From contig CM126206.1 in assembly GCA_052327205.1 (NCBI GenBank), positions 92,876,001-92,940,000 of the forward strand: DNA of 64,000 nucleotides, in the 5' to 3' direction. The notes beneath the pieces were generated by a model. The model saw only the letters and a list, made by a program, of their open reading frames with translations, was not told the origin of the DNA and did no database searches. Source of the DNA: Somniosus microcephalus. Taxonomy: Eukaryota. Each line of letters opens with the position of its first letter. Positions within the stretch are counted from its first letter, which is position 1. Positions 12,198-24,856 of this stretch are shown here, in pieces. The translations under genes and the position numbers were made by a program.

Positions 12198-12382
12198 CAT
12201 TTTATAGACATTATAAGTATGAACATTACAGCCCCTAGGTGGCGCTGTACCAGTCAAGGACTGAGCATCTCTTTCACATGCCCAGTTTTGAAAGCACATC
12301 GTCAATCCGGCAAACTTGCTCACAATGGGTTAATTTGTAAAACTGCTCAGAAGGATATTATACACCACAATGAAGAATAGTA

Positions 12383-15038
12383 CAATGAGAAAGGGTTAAT
12401 TAATAACCTTGTAGTAAAGGGGAATTTCGAGAAGAGTGACCATAATATGATAGAATTTTATATTGAATGTGAAAGTGATTTAGTTAAATCTGAAGCTAGG
12501 GTCTTAAAACTAAACAATGCAAACTATGTAGGTATGAGGGGTGAGTTGACTAAGGTAGATTGGGAAACTACATTAGAAGATATGATGGTAGAGAAGCTAG
12601 CGTTTAAAGAATGAATACATAATTTACAACAAATATACATTCCTTTAAGGCACAAAAACTCCACAGGAAAAGTGGTGCAGCCGTGGCTAACAAGAGAAGT
12701 TAAAGATAGTATTAGATCAAAGGAGGAGGCTTATAATGTTGCCAAAAAGCGTAGTAAGCCTGAGGATTGGGAGGATTTTAGAATTCAGCAAAGGAGGACC
12801 AAGAAATTGATAAAGAAAGGGAAAATAGAATATGAGAGTAAACTAGCGAGAGACATAAAAACCGACTGTAAAAGCTTCTACAGGTATGTAAAAAGGAAAA
12901 GATTAGCAAAAGTAAACGTGGGTCCCTTACAGGCTGAGACAGGAGAAATTATAATGGGGAATAAGGAAATGGCAGAGAAATTAAATAAATACTTTGTATC
13001 TGTCTTCACGGAAGAAGACGCAAAAAAATTCCTGGAAATAGTGGAAAACCAAGGGTCTAGTGAGAATGAGGAACTGAAAGAAATAGTATTATCAAAAAAA
13101 TAGTACTGGTGAAATTAATGGGACTGAAAGCCGATAAATCCCCTGAACCTGATGGACTATATCCTAGGGTTTTGAAAGAGGTGGCTATAGAGATAGTGGA
13201 TGTCATTTTCCAAAATCCCATCGATTCTAGAACAGTTCCCGTGGATTGGAATGTAGCAAATGTAACCCCACTATTTAAGAAAGGAGGAAGAGAGAAAATG
13301 GGGAACTACAGACCAGTTAGCCTGACATCAGTAGTAGGGTAAATGCTAGAATCTATTATTAAGGACGTGGTAACAGGGCACTTAGAAAATAATAATAGGA
13401 TTGGGCAGAGTCAACACGGATTTATGAAAGGGAAATTGTGTTTGACAAAATTGTTAGAGTTTTTTGAGGTTGTAACTACCAGAATAGATATGAGGGAAGC
13501 AGTGTATATGGATTTTTAGAAGGCATTCGATAATGTGCCACGTAAGAGGTTATTAAACAAAATTAAGGCTCATGGGATTGGGGGTAATATACTAGCATGG
13601 ATTGAGGATTGGTTAACAGACAGAAAACAGAGAGTAGGAATAAACGGGTCATTTTCGGGTTGGCAGGCTGTAACTAGTGGGGTACCACAAGGATCAGTGC
13701 TTGAGCCTCAGCTACTCACAATCTATATCAATGATTTGGATGAGGGGGCCAAATGTAATATATTCAAGTTTGCTGATGATACAAAGCTGGGTGGGAATGT
13801 AAGTTGTGAGGAGGATGCAAAGAGGCTTCAAGGGGATACAGACAAGCTAAGTGAGTGGGGCAAGAACATGGCAAATGGAATAAAATGTGAAGTTATCCAC
13901 TTTGGTAGGAAAAATAGAAAAGCAGAGTATTTTTTAAATGGTGAGAGATTGGGAAATGTTGGTGTTCAGAGAAACCTGGGTGTCCTTGTACACGAATCAC
14001 TGAAAGTTAACATGCAGGTACAGCAAGCAATTAGGAAAGCAAATACAGGTAGACTATCCTTTATCCGAAAACCTCGGGACCAACTGAGTTTCGGTTTTCA
14101 GAGAATTTCGGATTTCGGAAGGTGGGTCGGCGGGGGCGGCGGTTGTCGGGGCCGGCGGGGGGGTCGGCGGGGGTCGGGGCCGGCGGGGTCCGCGGGGGGG
14201 GGGGGGGTCCGCGGTTGTCGGGGCCGGCGGGGTCTCGTGCGCACGACTTACCCTTTATCCGAACTTCCGAAACCGGAGCCCTCTAAAAACCGAAGGTTTT
14301 TTCGTTCAGCGTAAGTCGTACGCACGACTTACGCTGAACGAAAAAACCTTCGGTTTTTAGAGGGTTTCAGAAGTCCGGATAAAGGGTAGTCTACCTGTAG
14401 TATGTTGGCCTTTATTACAAGAGGATTTGAGTATAAGAGTAAAGACATCTTACGGCAATTATATAGGGCCCTGGTGAGACCACACCTGGAGTATTATGTA
14501 CATATTTGGTCTCCTTACCTAAGGAAGGATATATTTGCCATAGAGGGAGTGCAACGAAGGTCCACCAGACTGGTTCCTGGGAAGGGGGGATTGTCCTATG
14601 AGGAGTGATTGAGTAGACTAAGCCTATATTCTCTAGAGTTTAGAAGAATGAGAGGTGATCTCATTAAAATATACAAAAGTCTTACAGGGCTTGACAGGGT
14701 AGATGCAGGGAGGATGTTTCCCCTGGCTGGGGTGTCTAGAATCAGGAGTCACAGTCTCAGAATAAGCGGTCGGCCAATTAGGACTTAGATGAGGAGAAAT
14801 TTCTTCACTCAGAGCGGTGCATCTTTGGAATTCTCTACCCCAGAGAGCTGTGGAGGCTCAGTCATTGAGTATATTCGAGACAGAGATCGTTAGATTTCTG
14901 ATTTTAAGGGAATCAAGGGATATGGGGATAGTGCAGGAAAGTGGAGTTGAGGTAGAAGATCAGCCATGATCTTACTGAATGGCGGAGCAGGCTCGAGGGG
15001 CCAGATGGCCCACTCCTGCTCCTAATTCTTATGTTCTT
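12383..15038 (+). mobile_element. 5'-truncated CR1 LINE with decayed ORF2, interrupted by the MITE at 14046-14397
   Basis: Fragmentary ORFs QPWLTREVKDS, NYRPVSLTSVVG, SGVPQGSVL, KFADDTKL, LVRPHLEY. Ends in the 3' stem-loop and TTCTTATGTTCTTA tail. Confidence 0.93.
14046..14397. mobile_element. Tc1/mariner-pogo-type MITE, copy 2 (opposite orientation, shorter GC array)
   Basis: Same TIRs as copy 1, TA duplicated at 14044-14045 and 14398-14399. Removing it restores the CR1 sequence GCAAATAGTATGTTGGCC. Confidence 0.92.
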
Positions 15039-15277
15039 AATTAAGAAAAATTCTTTACCAACGGAGTTCTTTAAATTAAATTATAACTTGGTTCAAAATA
15101 TATTCAAAAAGCTATTAAGAGGTAACAAAACAATCATGGATACACTGCAAATCTGAAATGAGATTTCAGTGGAACCAAAAAGGTGACCAAAAATTAAAAC
15201 TTTACATGTTAAAAAAGCTGCATTTTACTAAAATACATTCTGCTACTTGCATTATGTACTTTATATACACAATAGTT

Positions 15278-15312
15278 TTATATATATATATATATACATA
15301 TACACATATATA
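15278..15312. repeat. (TA)n microsatellite, imperfect
   Basis: tatatatatatatatatacatatacacatatata. Confidence 0.85.
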
Positions 15313-15374
15313 AAAAAATCTGTAAGAGATTTACAAATTTTTGTGTGGAAAGTCCCCAGCAAATTTTAACATGT

Positions 15375-15479
15375 TAGATGAAGTAGTGAGAGGAGGCACG
15401 TGTGGAGCATAAACATTGGCATAGACCAGTTGGGCCGAATGGCCGGTTTCTGTGCTGTAAACGCTATGTAATTCTATGT
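15375..15479 (+). mobile_element. Short CR1-type 3' tail fragment
   Basis: TTGGGCCGAATGGCCGGTTTCTGTGCTGTAAACGCTATGTAATTCTATG, similar to the CR1 end at 33500-33550. Confidence 0.6.
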
Positions 15480-16114
15480 TGCAAAGGATCCCATACAATA
15501 TTTACATGCTCCTGATGACCTGCCACAAACACTGATACACTCACAGGGCCGCTTTGCAAGTTGTCTCGCCCTCCCAGGGACCTCCTTTCAAATAGTGACA
15601 TAATTCTGAGATTATTCACCAGCAATTGCTCACTCAGTCCCAGAGACCCTTCTAATATTGATACACTCCCAGCGACCCCTGCTAACATTCAAGTACTCCA
15701 GGGAAACCCCTGAAAATATTGACACACTCCCAAGCATGCCCTGCACTCACTCCTGGGGACCAACTGTTAATACTAGCATACTCCCAGAGACCCAACCCTA
15801 ATTTCTAAAAGCAGCATTTAGCTACCCAACGGAAACCAATGCTATTATTGCAGAAAATGGTTTCAGTAACAAGAACAATGAACTGTAAATCCCCCAAAAT
15901 CTGATGACCTTGTGGAACGCGTGGGATTCCCTTCTGGACTCCTGGGAGCCAGCAATCCCATTTTGAGAGCCTAAGATCTATAACACATTGCACAGGTTCA
16001 TTCCACGTACACATACTGTATCTTCAGAAAACAAATACCAGGTAGAAGAGTTTCACATCAAGTGCTGAAACGCCATTTGCTACATGTATTGAAGTATCTG
16101 TTTCAACCCCCTAC

Positions 16115-16273
16115 CTCAGCGAGCTGTTCCTTTTGTTCAGACAGTTTACAGGTACACTCAGCTAGTGCCTCCAAGTTTCCTTCAACCCCAGATACTTTCA
16201 GTGCCTTGAGGACCACATGCTCTGTGTAGCACTTTAGAAGATCCCCTGCTGACTCCACGGCTGTATTTTGAAG
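16115..16273 (-). CDS. CTNNAL1: alpha-catulin exon: LQNTAVESAGDLLKCYTEHVVLKALKVSGVEGNLEALAECTCKLSEQKEQLAE
   Basis: 159 nt, TTGTTCAG acceptor, GTAGGG donor, phase 0/0. Confidence 0.96.
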
Positions 16274-16619
16274 CTGAACAACAAAAACTGAAGAATTAAT
16301 GTACATCACGGCAACAAAAATATTTTGTACGCGTTCAGCAAAAAAAAATGCCTTTTTCTTAATTGACGAGCCCAAAAGTGTTATTCAAATGAGTTCAAAC
16401 AATCTTTACTGCTGGTGAGGAATACTGACATATTCCTGAAATATTAGGATTCAAATTAATCCTTGCCAAACAGCAAATGGCTGATGAAAATGTAATTTTT
16501 CTAGTCAATATCCCAGTAGAAAAATATATTAGCACAACTATAATTTTCCAGTGCCTTTTACTGGATAAAGTTAAAGAAATTGCAATTGTTCATTTTTAAT
16601 TTAAAGTGTACTTTTGAGT

Positions 16620-17020
16620 ACTGGGTTAGCACAGAGTGCCTGGACATGAATTCAGTCTGGAGTCAAGGGACAAAAGTGTCTTTTCCCTGCTGGTGGTAAA
16701 AGTCTTCAGTGAAATATGTTGGAGCATACTTAACCATATTCATCGCAGGTACAAGTCCCGAGCACAGAACTGCTGATACTTCAGCGTAAATTAGCACTAA
16801 ATTGTCAATCTCATCGAGAGAGAATACAAGGGTAGTGGAAAATTAAACATTTATATTGGGACAGAAGGACTGATTTTGGGGGCAGTGGAGAGGGAGTTGT
16901 ACCCTCTATCTCTATGCTGTACCTGACCTTGAAGTGCCTGATGCAGTCACTGAGGTTCCAAAAAATAGAATATGCTCAGTCCTCCCAGTGTAGACATCCT
17001 TCACTTTGATGAGCACAAAA
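16620..17020 (+). mobile_element. Ancient LF-SINE-like SINE remnant
   Basis: Motifs GTGAAATATGTTGG, TTAGCACTAAATTGTCAATCTCA, ATGCTGTACCTG and CACTTTGATGAGCAC, in the order I recall for LF-SINE. A related copy is at 29330-29745. Confidence 0.45.
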
Positions 17021-17037
17021 ATATACCAAAGAAAAAT

Positions 17038-17563
17038 AACAACTTGTATTTATATAGCGCCTTTAATGTAGTAAAACATCCCAAGGCGCTGCACAGGAGT
17101 ATTAGAAGACAAGAAATTTGACACCAATCCACAAAAGGAGATATTAGGGCAGGTGACCAAAAGCTTGGTCAAAGAGGTAGGTTTTAAGGAGCGTCTTAAA
17201 GGAGGAAAGAGAGGTAGCGAGATGGAGAGGTTTAGGGAGGGAATTCCAGAGCTTAGGGCCGAGTCAACAGAAGGCACGGCCACCGATGGTTGAGCGATTA
17301 TAATCAGGGATGCTCAAGAGAGTAGAATTAGAGGAGCGCAGATATCTTGGGGGGGTGGGGGGCTGAAGGAGATTACAGAGATAGGCAGGGGCGAGGCCAT
17401 GGAGAGATTTGAAAACAAGGATGAGAATTTTGAAATTGAGACGTTGCTTAACCGGGAGCCAATGTAGGTCAGCGAGCACAGGGGTGATGGGCGAACAGGA
17501 CTTGGTGCGAGTTATGATACGGGCAGCTGAGTTTTGGATGACCTCAAGTTTACGTAGGGTAGA
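17038..17563 (-). mobile_element. L2-clade LINE 3' fragment
   Basis: IQNSAARIITRTK...ITPVLADLHWLPVKQRLNFKIL and tail AAAGGCGCTATATAAATACAAGTTG. Confidence 0.85.
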
Positions 17564-18167
17564 ACCTGTGGAGATATCGTATCTTGCACATAGTATCAAA
17601 AAAGTAATGTAATATAATCTTATTCCTTATTTATATTTTATTTTCAAAACAATTATGGAATTAATTATTTAATTTATCACAGGTCAGCTGAAGGCACAGC
17701 ATACAAATCAGAAAAGGTTGCAGATGGGTAGAAAAGTGCAGCTACAGCTCAGCTACCTAACTATCAAATGGATAATTCTACAAACAATGTTAAATATAAA
17801 TTTTTGCATACAGCTCCTTCAAGAGAAAGAATTACACAAGATCATACAGTTCAACTGATCAGGAATTAAATGCAATTTTCTTAGCTTGAATCCAAATATC
17901 TAAGAGCATAGTTTTAAGTCTTAAAGACGAACAACCCCAACAGCTCAGCATCCTTGTATTATAGTAATCAGCTTGATCTCTTCATAACCAATCTCATTGT
18001 GATTCTGATCAGTTTCAGCAATGGGAAAGAACATTTGCTGCCAACATTTCCAACCACTATCATAAATTGGCTGTGAGGAGGTTACATTTGAGGTTCTTGG
18101 GTTTAGGTACAGAGCTGATTGCATCTCCCGTTGTTTTCATCTTACTTCAGAACTATAGGTCACTTAC

Positions 18168-18254
18168 TTCTCTCCGCAGTTCACTCATACAGTGCCGAGT
18201 CTTAATTATGGCCAGCTCCATATCTTCTGTGGCTTCTTTGGCTTTCAGACATTG
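18168..18254 (-). CDS. CTNNAL1: alpha-catulin exon: QCLKAKEATEDMELAIIKTRHCMSELRRE
   Basis: 87 nt, ACAG acceptor, GTAAGT donor, phase 0/0. It fills the expected gap between the flanking exons. Confidence 0.9.
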
Positions 18255-19032
18255 CTGTTTTGAGAGAGCCAGACATGAAAAAAGACATAGCTAAAACTAA
18301 ACCATACTGTTGTACATAGTTTTAGGTACAATGTAAAGGAGGGCTGGAAACTACCAACATTTCATCAAGCACTGAGCAACTGTGAGGAAGTAAACCTATC
18401 ACAAGTGCTCTAAATTTCCACTTCATATGAGACTTTTCTAAGTACGTACTTACAGGCTCTTTGAATCACTGATAACTTTATATTCCTCAGTATATATAAT
18501 CCAAAAGTACTTTGCTCACTGAAGGTGTAATAGTTTTCATTCTTCAAACTGAGCTTCCTCCACAGACAATGAGCTATAATACAAAGGACATGCAAATCCA
18601 CAGGAAATGTTTTCATGATGCCTCAACTTTCAAAACAGGGCCCATCGCTTGGCATTCCCCTTTCCTACATCCTAGCAACACCATCTCACATCACTTCTGC
18701 TTATTTGACTAGTGAAGGCCAATGTAACACATTTACTAATCAAACATAAATCCTCATAAATCACAGCAATCACCTGGCAAATTTACATCGTCACATAGAT
18801 TCAGAAAACTTGCAATAACAACGTATCACTGTTAAAATACTAAGAAATTTGGCATGTTAAACCACAGCCATAAACTTCCATCTTTGGAAGTTAAAGGCTT
18901 TATTTCTTAAATGCTTACTTGTAAAAATCATAATCTTTGTACATAAAGCATCAGCCTACATGCAGCATTTACATAAACTAAGTCAGTATTCAATTCCTTA
19001 TGGAGGCTGGGAAAAAGCACTGTATACACATT

Positions 19033-19801
19033 GGCCCAGAAATTCGGGTCGGGGGCTTCCCGCGGGTGCAAGCCCCCGACCTGCACTTACCTTGCGCGCC
19101 GGCAGTTGAGCTGTAGGGCCCCGTGGAATTCCGCTCCGGGGCCTGGCCCAGCTGCCGGCGCGCTGTGCTTGCGTGTCCCAGGGGCGTAGTTAGTGCGATG
19201 CGTCCCCTGGGATCACGTGAGCCATGGGCAGCCAATCGGAGGAGGGAAAAGCCCATTCATAAGATTGACAGGAAGACCTGTCTAAACTTATGAATACTAT
19301 GGGCCTCAAAATAGCATTAAACCTTCAAATAATTTTTTTTTTTTTTGAATCACACTTTTTCAATAAACTACAAATTACATTAAATAACTATTTTAAACAA
19401 TAATTTAAATTTTTGAAAAAAATAATTTTATAAAAAAACAGGGCTAAAAATAAACTTACCTTGCTTTAAAGTATTTAAAAATAATAAACCTGTGGAAAAA
19501 ATGTTTTAATTTTAATTAATTGACCACTTACCTTGTAAAAAGCAGGCCTTACGCCTGCTTTTTAAATGTGTAAATCCTACAGGTTTCACCTCGCGTGAAA
19601 ACCTGCAAAAAAAAACTAAGTTCAAAGCGCGCGCGCAGCCTCACCTGCGCGCGCGTTCGACCTCTGAACCCCTTCGTTCAGAGGATCGGTAGTGCCGGTT
19701 TCCCGCGCATGCGCAGTGCATGCAGGAAACCCGCACTTCCATTCGGCCTACGGGTGAGTACCCCGTGCCTACTCACCCGTGGAGAGCCTAATTTCTGGGC
19801 C
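19033..19801. mobile_element. PIF/Harbinger-type MITE
   Basis: Perfect 12-bp TIR GGCCCAGAAATT / AATTTCTGGGCC, 3-bp ATT duplicated at 19030-19032 and 19802-19804, GC-rich ends with an AT-rich middle, several internal hairpins. Confidence 0.85.
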
Positions 19802-20554
19802 ATTATAGGCACCGCCATCATTTTTTAGAATAATCTGATTTTCCACTTTGTTTATTCTCCACAACATACCACAAGTATAGCACACTTTTAGTAAAGAGGG
19901 AGGATTTAAGACTCAAAGCTGAGGTTATAACAGCTTTGCCAAACTGTCTGTTCTCAATTACAACAGGTTTAAAATTAGTCTGTGTTTTGATCATAGGTCT
20001 TGGTGAATGACCTTTAAATTTTCCTGGGGGAATTTTTCCCTGCCATTCAAGGTAGAGCTAGAATTAGAAACATTCTGAGTGTTACTGTTTTGTCAACACG
20101 TTTATCCAATGTTTTGTTTCCATAGAACAAAATAATTTACTGGACCTCCCCCCACCACATAGCAGAATCTATAGTCCCTCTCTGAATTATTGTGGAACAG
20201 GATGGAATGATAATCTCTTAAATTAAAATAAATTTAGAAACTAATTTTGGTAGACATTTACGATGAGGTGTAAATATGCTCCAGTAAGAGTGGTAAGTGA
20301 GCAGGATATTTCAGTTCACTGACCTTTGCAGCAAAGACCAGTCATTAGAAGAATTCATTACATGACAGAACATCAGACGCAGGAGCACTTATAGAGTTAT
20401 AGAGTCAGAGTCATAACGGCACAGAAGGAGGCCAAGAACTAGTGTAAAACTTGTTCAACTCCCAAGCCGAATAAACAGGAGAAAGAATTTGATTTCCCAG
20501 GTTCTTTTCAGTAACTCCAGACATAAGAGTGCTCCCTATTGAGCTAAGCAATGA

Positions 20555-22025
20555 CCACTAACATCTGGGGACTGGGCCCAAGTTGGGACAACTGTCTTAC
20601 AGACTAGTGAAGCAGCAGCATGACTCAGTTGCACTCATAGAAACATATCTATCAGCCAGCATCCAAGACTCTTTCATCGCCCTCCCTATTTATGGCCTTT
20701 CCCATAGGCTGGATAGACCCACCAGTGGTGGGGGCACAGCGGTATACAGTCGGGTGGGAGCTGCCTTGGGAGTCCTCAACATGACTCCAGACCCCATGAA
20801 GTCTTAAGGCTTCGGGTCATTAAAAGGTCAAGGATACCTAATGACCACCAGATACTGGTCCACTCAACTGACCAATCAGTACTCCTCCATGTTGAACACC
20901 ATTTGGAGAAAGGACAAAGGGTACCAAGGGCACTGAATGTAGTTTGGGTGGGGGACTTCAATGACCATGTTTGAGTCCTTAAAAACATAGCTACCAGACA
21001 GGGCCTGCATTAGGTGACAGAGGAATCAACACGAATTAACTTACTTGATCTCACCTTCATCACCCTATCGGTCACAGACACATCTGTCCTGCATTAGCAG
21101 GAGTGACCACCACATAGACCTTGTTAAGACAATGTCTCACCTTCACATTGAGGACATCCTCCATTGTGTAATGTGGCATCACAACTGTCTAAGTGGGACA
21201 GATGAAGGATAGATCGAGCAGCCCAAAACTGGGCATTCACGAGGAGCTTTGGGCCATCAGAAGAATTGCATACCAGCACAATCTGTAACATGTATGCACC
21301 AAAATAATGAACAGGCGAATCAATGGATTCAATTCTAGATCGCTTCACACACTACTTGGCAGACCCAGAAAGAAGTAGGATGACAACATAAAAGTGCTCC
21401 TTAACAGCATGGGCCGTATTACCAATGAGGGACAAGTGAGAGCCCTGAACCCCAACAGTTGGAAGAAGCTGGAAGTGGCAATGCCTGCTTCTGGATAAGC
21501 CCCTAGATGATGAGACAGCAACAACCTGTAACTTTATGGACTGGAACATCCTCACACCTTGATCAACATCAAGCTGCGATACCAACTTTGGTTCAACACA
21601 TTTTTGCCGAACACTAAAAGCAGCAGGCTACAGAAAGAGTGGTCACACAACCAATGGAGCAGAAAAAAGCTCGCTGGCCATACCACTTCTAGTCAAGAAT
21701 GATGGTGGACAACTAGGCAACTAACAGGAGGAACAGATGGCGCCATGAATATCCCCAACCGCAACCATTATGGGGTCTAGCATGTGTGTTCAAGAGACAA
21801 GGCTGTGTATTTGCAAGCATCTTCAGTCAAAACTGCCAAGTGGATGATCCTACTCTGCCTCCTGCCGGGATCCCCATCATAGGTGCCGATGTCCAGTCAA
21901 TTCAGTTCACCCCATGTGACATTAAGAATTGATTGCACTGGGCACAGCAAAATGCTATGGGCCCTGATTACATCATGGCTGCAGTGCTGAAGATCTATGC
22001 ATCAGAACTAGCCACTTCCCTAGCT
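20555..22025 (+). mobile_element. Decayed CR1-group LINE (endonuclease and linker region)
   Basis: Remnants VALIETYL...RLDRPTSGGGTAVY, VGDFND and GPDYIMAAVLKIYASELA. Probably the same family as 26085-27280. Confidence 0.65.
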
Positions 22026-22272
22026 ATTACCCAGTATTCCCAGTCGCCGTCCTCTCCCGGTCACGCCCCCTCTCCCAGTCATCCTCTAGTCTTCTTGAAG
22101 GACTTGCCCAAGTACCGCAGTGGCCCAAACTTTGAGGCCGCTTCTCTGGCGAGCTGCTTGGAGACACCCGATCATTATGAGACCCAAGACCCAATATTAG
22201 GTGTGGCTTGAGCCAATCGATTCAGGCGCAAGGACGAATTCCTTTTCGGGCATGAACGAATTTCCCCCCCTA

Positions 22273-23100
22273 GGTCTGGCAGATGGATTATAATGTGGAT
22301 AAATGTGAAGTTATCCACTTTGGTAGAAAAAACAGAAAGGCAGAGTATTTCCTAAATGGTGAAAGATTGGGGATTGCAGATGCTCAAAGGGACCTGGGTG
22401 TCCTTGTACATGAGTCACTGAAAATGAATGTGCAGGTGCAGCAAGCCATTAGGAAGGCAAATGGTATGCTGGCCTTTATTACAAGAGGATTTGAGTACAG
22501 GAGTAAAGAAGTCTTACTCCAATTATATAGGGCCTTGGTGAGACCACACCTGGAGTACTGTGTACAATTTTGGTCTCCTTACCTAAGGAAGGATATACTT
22601 GCTATAGAGGGAGTGCAACAAAGGTTCACGAGATTGATTCCTGGGATGGCGGGACTGTCGTATGAGAAGAGATTGAGTAAACTAGGCCTGTATTCTCTTG
22701 AATTCAGAAGGAGAGGGGAATCTCATTGTAGCATACAAAATTACTACAGGACTTGATAGGGTGGGTGCTGGGAGAATGTTTCCCTTGGCTGAGGAGTCTA
22801 GAACCAGGGGCCACAGCCTCAGAATAAAGGGTAGGCCATTCAGGACTAAGATGAGAAGAAATTTCTTCACACAGAGGGTGGTGAATCTTTGGAATTCTCT
22901 ACCCGAGGGCTGTGGAGGCTCAGTCATTGGGTATATTCAAAACAGAAGTCGATAGATTTCTGACTAGTAAGGGCATCAAGGGATATGGCGATAAGGCCGG
23001 TGAATGGAATGGAAGCAGAAGATTAGCCATGATCTCATTGAATGGCAGAGCAGGCTCGAAGGGCCGAATGGCCTACTCCTGCTCCCATTTCTTATGTTAT
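22273..23100 (+). mobile_element. CR1 LINE 3' fragment
   Basis: YNVDKCEVIHFG...LVRPHLEYCVQFWSP...RNFFTQRVVNLWNSLP, then the 3' stem-loop and TTCTTATG tail. Confidence 0.92.
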
Positions 23101-24037
23101 GGTATATTTGATACTATTGGAAGAATTTAAGGGCAAGCACCAAATGCTTGGGCTGAAGTCAGTGCCTTTGTCCACATGGCCTCAATCTATGGAAATCTAT
23201 AGCAATAGAAGATGATTCCCCTTTCATTGTGTCTTCTGGTTATATTTACTTGTGGAAGTCTTCAAGGCAGAACAAAATAAACCCAGAACAAATGTGCTTC
23301 TTTCTCCTGACCCTTAGACAACTCTATCTTTGTAGGAATGATTGTGGTAAGATGATAAAAGGGATGTTTTCAAGTTCTTGGCAGCCTCAGGCATGTTCGT
23401 CACTGATGCTTTAGCCATGTTGCATTTTATAATCTGTTTCGGCCCCTGAAGTGAATGTTTTTCCTCAACTTCCCTTGGAATTTTCCTGAGAATTCATGAC
23501 GTTATTGTTGCCAGTCAGCCATGACGAGTGATAGGAAATGCCTTCCTACATTTTATGGAAATTTTAAATGAAAATTGGGCATAAAAATCAACATTTTAAA
23601 TACATTTTCTAGAAACAAGTAAAACAAATTATTGCAACGGACTAAACATTAATTTAGTACTGATAACAGGAGAGGCAATGTAAAATAGATGTACAAGAGA
23701 AGCTATTGCCAACCATATTTTATAGTGAATTTCTTTACAAATATTTTGATACGGTCTTAAGGATTGACTAGTCTGACTATTGAATGAAGCTTGTTGACTC
23801 GGGAGAAGAGAATGCCAGAAAAGGACTATAACTAGTTGGCCATTTACAATGGACAAGCACGGGTTTGGGTGGAATATTGAAATGTCACACTGGTTCAGCA
23901 GGGGCGCTCTTCTGGAGTTACGGCACACTATTAGAGGCAAGCAGAGTGACTTTGTTCTGCATTTGGCTTTTGAACAGTAACATTTTGGAACTATAAGTTA
24001 TCAACAATAAATGCCACGTGCTTTCGACAGATACATT

Positions 24038-24856
24038 GGCTGGATTTTCATTGAGGAGTCGGGACTACAACTTTCGGGGTTGTAGTCCCGCCTCCATCGA
24101 GCTGCAGCCAATCCACGCGATTTTAACTTGATTGACCTTGTTGAGCCCGCCCAGCGGGCTCAGCAGGCCAATTAAGGGCCACCCGGCAACAGGTGACGTC
24201 ACAGACTGAAATTTCATCGGTCAAGAGATTTTGACAGATGAAATATCAGCGTTTCACAGCTGTTTGAAGCTGTCAAACACTGACAGTCTTACTTCTAACC
24301 TGAGTCCTTCTCCACAGACTCAGTTAGAAATCTCTCCTGCACAGAAAGCTGCAGGCTGTCACTTTTGACAGTTCGCGGCCATTCTGCTTTCTGTGCCGGT
24401 GAGATGAGGGACTCCCGGAACCTAAAGGAAGGAAGGCTGAAAAGGTAAGAAAAGGTAATTTACACTTCTTTAATCACTTTAGACACACCAAACACACTTA
24501 CCTTTGCACTCATGCACACATCACTCACCTGAACACCGATATCTCGACCCCTCCAAGCCCTTCAACCCGACGGCCCGCCTCCTCTAACTTGCCGTGGTTT
24601 GGAGCTGTCGAAAATCCCACAGTTCAACCTTCAAAATAGGGATTAGGCTAAAAACTGCCTGTTAATTACCTGTTAACAGGCAGTTAATTGGCACTAATCC
24701 CTTCCTGCCTCGGGTAGGCGGGTCAGGTACCCGCCTCCTTTGAAGCGGGCATGGAGGCGGGTTGGGTATGGGATGGTGTCGGGACCCCCGATTTCGGGAT
24801 TTTAACCCCCTGCACGCCTCCAATCCTGACTCCACAGCACACTGAAAATCCTGCCC
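24038..24856. mobile_element. PIF/Harbinger-type MITE related to the Harbinger at 62494
   Basis: Ends GGCTGGATTTTCA / TGAAAATCCTGCCC, ATT on both flanks (24035-24037 and 24857-24859). The reverse-complemented right end matches 62494-62551 at 50 of 58 positions. Confidence 0.85.

Noticed and set aside
13535-14314. RT fused to a Gly/Arg-rich C-terminus
   Set aside because: Chance read-through of a dead CR1 frame into the inserted MITE.
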